Shown: positions 34,957-38,008 of the stretch, in pieces
Numbering within the stretch: the first letter of the stretch is position 1
How the letters are laid out: each line of letters starts with the position of its first letter
Assembly (NCBI RefSeq): GCF_006345805.1
Contig: NW_021835236.1
Span: 1-38,008 of the forward strand
Direction of reading: 5' to 3'
Source: Octopus sinensis
Lineage: Eukaryota
DNA: 38,008 nt
Notes under the pieces: generated by a model
Database searches by the model: none
What the model was told of the DNA's origin: nothing
The model's input: only the letters and a program-made list of their open reading frames with translations
Program-made: the position numbers and the translations under genes

Positions 34957-34994
<38 letters not shown>

Positions 34995-36036
34995 TATATA
35001 TACAGTTTTATTTTATTAAAACTGAAAATGGAAGTTTTTTCTCGCGGTTCAGATTTCACGCCAGTACTATCATCATCAGATGATGAAGTACATGATGATT
35101 GCTGTACTGACAACTGGATCTCGTGACCAACGAAACTCCCCAACTAATCTCACCTATAAAGTTCCTTCATGTCCGCCCTGACATTTAAAAAGATCACCTT
35201 GGACTGACATGATTTTATATCTAACCAATTTTAAGGAATAGGTGAGGAAATCTTTCAAGATATATATTTATATGTACACACACATATAGATTAATGAAAT
35301 GACGGCATGGAGGACAGGAGAAAAGGAGTAAAGGTATGAAGAAGGAGAAGAAAAAAGAAGCATAAAAGTTAACAATTCAACTTTTCAATCATGTAGAAGT
35401 CCGTTAGTCCTTAGGTGCAACCTAAGTCCTTAAGTGCAACATCAATTTCTACCCTTATTATTCAATTTTAGTTTAAAAAAAAAAAAAGCTCTCTAACTGG
35501 TAAATTGGCTGCTGAAGTTTATTAACTGCAGAGTAATTTCCGGCCTCAGCACGCCAAAGTGAAGGCATTTGAAAAAATACACCCAAATATAAATTGTAGA
35601 ACTTTATACATGCTCTATTTCGGTTGAGCGTTCTGTGTCTAGTTCTGGAAATTGTGTTTTGTAAGCGACAGACTACGCTGACGATCTTGCAGATATATAC
35701 GTGTTTATATGCGTAGATATAACAAGTGAAACCAATGGTACGTATGTAATCGTTTTTATTTCGTATATTTTCATTTGTATTGCTCATTTTTACATTTTGG
35801 CGTTTTGCTGAGACTTTTTTCTTGAGAATACATTCTTTGTGGTAATGGCGATTTGACGTCTATGTTTAGCATAAAGGGTGTCCACTTTAGTGGTCATTCC
35901 TCTTAATTTTGTATGTAACACAATTTTTTAATTTTCGGATTTTTAAATATGCTAAGCTACTGGTTTTAATCGATTAACATCAATTTCTACCCTTATTATT
36001 TAATGTCACTATGTTTGTATACATATTTTTTAATCT

Positions 36037-36407
36037 CTTTTCTCTTTTACTTGTTTCAGACATTAGACTGCAGCCAAGCTTGAAGAAGATTTAGTCGAAT
36101 GAATAGACACCTGTACTTATGTTTTTAATGTCGGTGCTTATTCTATCGGGGTTTTTTTGCCGAATCGCTAAGTTACGGGGTAGTAAACAAACCAACACCA
36201 GTTGTCAAGTGGTGGGGAAAACAAACACACACATTAGATACTTAAAATAACTTTAACATTATCCACAATTGTCCATTGAAAGGAACTTTCTCACTCATTT
36301 GATTAATATCATAAAATTGCTAGACATAGAATTAACATTACGTCTGTTCATATCAAATGTTCAACAAGAATGTAGTTAAGCCACCACAGAATGAATATTC
36401 TACTATT

Positions 36408-36445
<38 letters not shown>

Positions 36446-36915
36446 GTGTGCGTGTGTGTGTGTGTGTGTGCGTGTGTGTGTGTATGTGTGTGTGTGTGTG
36501 TGGTGTGTGTGTGAGTGTGTGTGTGTGTGTGTGTGGAGGCGCAATAGATCAGTGGTTAGGGCAGCGGACTCGCGGTCGTAGGATCGTAGTTTCGATTCCT
36601 AGACCGGGCGTTGTGAGTATTTATTGAGCAAAAACACCTAAAGCTCCACGAAGCTCCGGCAGGCGTGGTGACGATCCCTGCTGTACTCTTTCGCCACAAC
36701 TTCCTCTCACTCTTTCCTCTCTTGGCCTGCTCGCGGGGTGACGTCATTTGAAGGCTAAAACAATGAGAGGCGCATTGTGACCAGCGATGTGTAGTAACAT
36801 ATGATAGCCTGGTCGGTCAAGGTCACGGTGATATATATATATATATATATATATATCCGACTGGCTTCATCCAATTCCCGTCTCCCAAATGCAGTCACAA
36901 AGCTTTGGTTGTAAG
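36037..36915 (-). mobile_element. SINE family A split by nested inserts (3' half 36037-36235, head remnant 36858-36915)
   Basis: Both halves match family A on the minus strand. Confidence 0.7.
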
Positions 36916-37470
36916 AAAACCCGTATAGATATTATTACAATGGTGCATAATATCTACAAGGAAATAGAGATAACACTGTATCATTCCAATAAATAACTAG
37001 TTTAATTAACCCCTTCCCAGTAATTCACTCTTCCAAAATTATTACAGATTAAGTCTAAGAATCACTTTCATAAGAAACATAATGCATTATATATTTAATT
37101 GTTTATCTCACTCCTTATTGAATACTAGAATATCATTGTGTACTGGAATGCTATCCTAACAGAACAACGCTTAATTAAATTACATATAGCTTATAAACAC
37201 TTAATATGATCGTAAAATAGGAATAAGGTACTTGGACAAAATTATTGCAAATTATTTACTAATAATAATCACGAATAGGCAAAACTTGTCAAGTACCTAT
37301 TACATCCGATACTTAAAATAACTTTAACATTAACCACAACTGTCCATTGAAAGGACCTTTCTCAATTAATATTATGAGATTGCTAGACATAGAATTAACT
37401 TGTATTTATATTATCGAATATTCTACGAGATCGTAGTAAAGCCACCACAGAATAAATATTCTACCATTAT
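36237..37470 (+). repeat. Direct duplication of ~170 bp: 36237-36410 versus 37308-37470
   Basis: GATACTTAAAATAACTTTAACATT, TGTCCATTGAAAGGA, TTGCTAGACATAGAATTAAC and AAGCCACCACAGAAT are shared. Confidence 0.9.
36535..36832 (+). mobile_element. tRNA-derived SINE family C (OR-like), tail type 2, full length
   Basis: tRNA-like head GGAGGCGCAATAGATCAGTGGTTAGG..GTTTCGATTCC. The body is shared with 11360-11500; the 3' tail differs. Confidence 0.85.
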
Positions 37471-37593
37471 ATGTAAGTGCTTTCACTATATCGTTGATTC
37501 CATAATAATGAATGTAATAGTATAAAATGGATTAATAAACTAATTAATCTTATTAACACGAGGTAATTTTACGTCTTGTTACACAATATCTAG

Positions 37594-37800
37594 AAGGTGA
37601 AAAGTTGGTAGATTCGTCAGCACATCGGATAGAATGCTTTGTGGAATTTCTTCCGGTTCTATATGTTCTGAGCTCAAATGCCGCCGAGGTCAGCTTTGCC
37701 ATTCATCTTTTCAAGGTCGATAAAATTAAACGCCAGCCAAGTACTGGGATTGACGTACTCGACTTGCACCATCTCCTCAAAACTAATGACCAAAATGAAA
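37594..37800 (+). mobile_element. SINE family B, copy 12
   Basis: CTGAGCTCAAATGCCGCCGAGGTCAGCTTTGCCATTCATC..GGTCGATAAAAT..GTACTGGG, followed by an (ATT)n tail. Confidence 0.75.
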
Positions 37801-38008
37801 AACAAATTATTATTATTATAGCCATTAACAATTTTAGCGATGTTTGTAAACGTTGATTGAATTGATCATATTCGAAAGCAGCTCGAACAAGTACTCAAAC
37901 TGTGATCTTATGATTATCAGCGGTGATGCTATAATACATTTAGATTATTAATGATCATCTTGATGAATGGGCTGCAAAAATGTACGGTGTAAGTATATAT
38001 GTTTATAA

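Noticed and set aside
36535-36605. tRNA gene
   Set aside because: It is the tRNA-derived head of SINE C: it continues into the SINE body and has no closed acceptor stem or Pol III terminator.
517-37856. Most ORFs in the supplied track ([12 protein letters not shown], poly-K/E/S/N and similar)
   Set aside because: They are translations of microsatellites or chance frames in SINEs, with no domain or splice support.

Overview
AT-rich eukaryotic DNA, dense in microsatellites and almost entirely repeat-derived. The SINE and LINE repertoire resembles, from memory and not from a search, that of an octopod cephalopod (Octopus). I find no supportable host gene exon, RNA gene or CRISPR array. Most ORFs in the track are microsatellite translations. 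The real coding signal comes from retroelement remnants: a GC-rich RTE/BovB-type LINE (8045-10290, minus), an L1/Tx1-type RT fragment, four pieces of restriction-like-endonuclease (RLE) LINEs (three R4/Dong-like, one HERO/R2-like) and a second RTE 3' end. Also present are a solo LTR, a hAT/Charlie MITE, a probable Helitron 5' end and about 27 SINE copies or fragments from four families. The most notable observations are two minimal hammerhead ribozyme motifs of the Penelope-like-element type, the young GC-rich RTE (a horizontal-transfer candidate whose frameshifts may be long-read errors), a SINE family whose internal microsatellite repeatedly receives other insertions, tandem SINE doublets, a SINE pair with a shared head and different tails, and a LINE in which a SINE fragment replaces part of the coding sequence. 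Boundaries were read by eye and are approximate (about +/-10 bp) unless motif coordinates are given.
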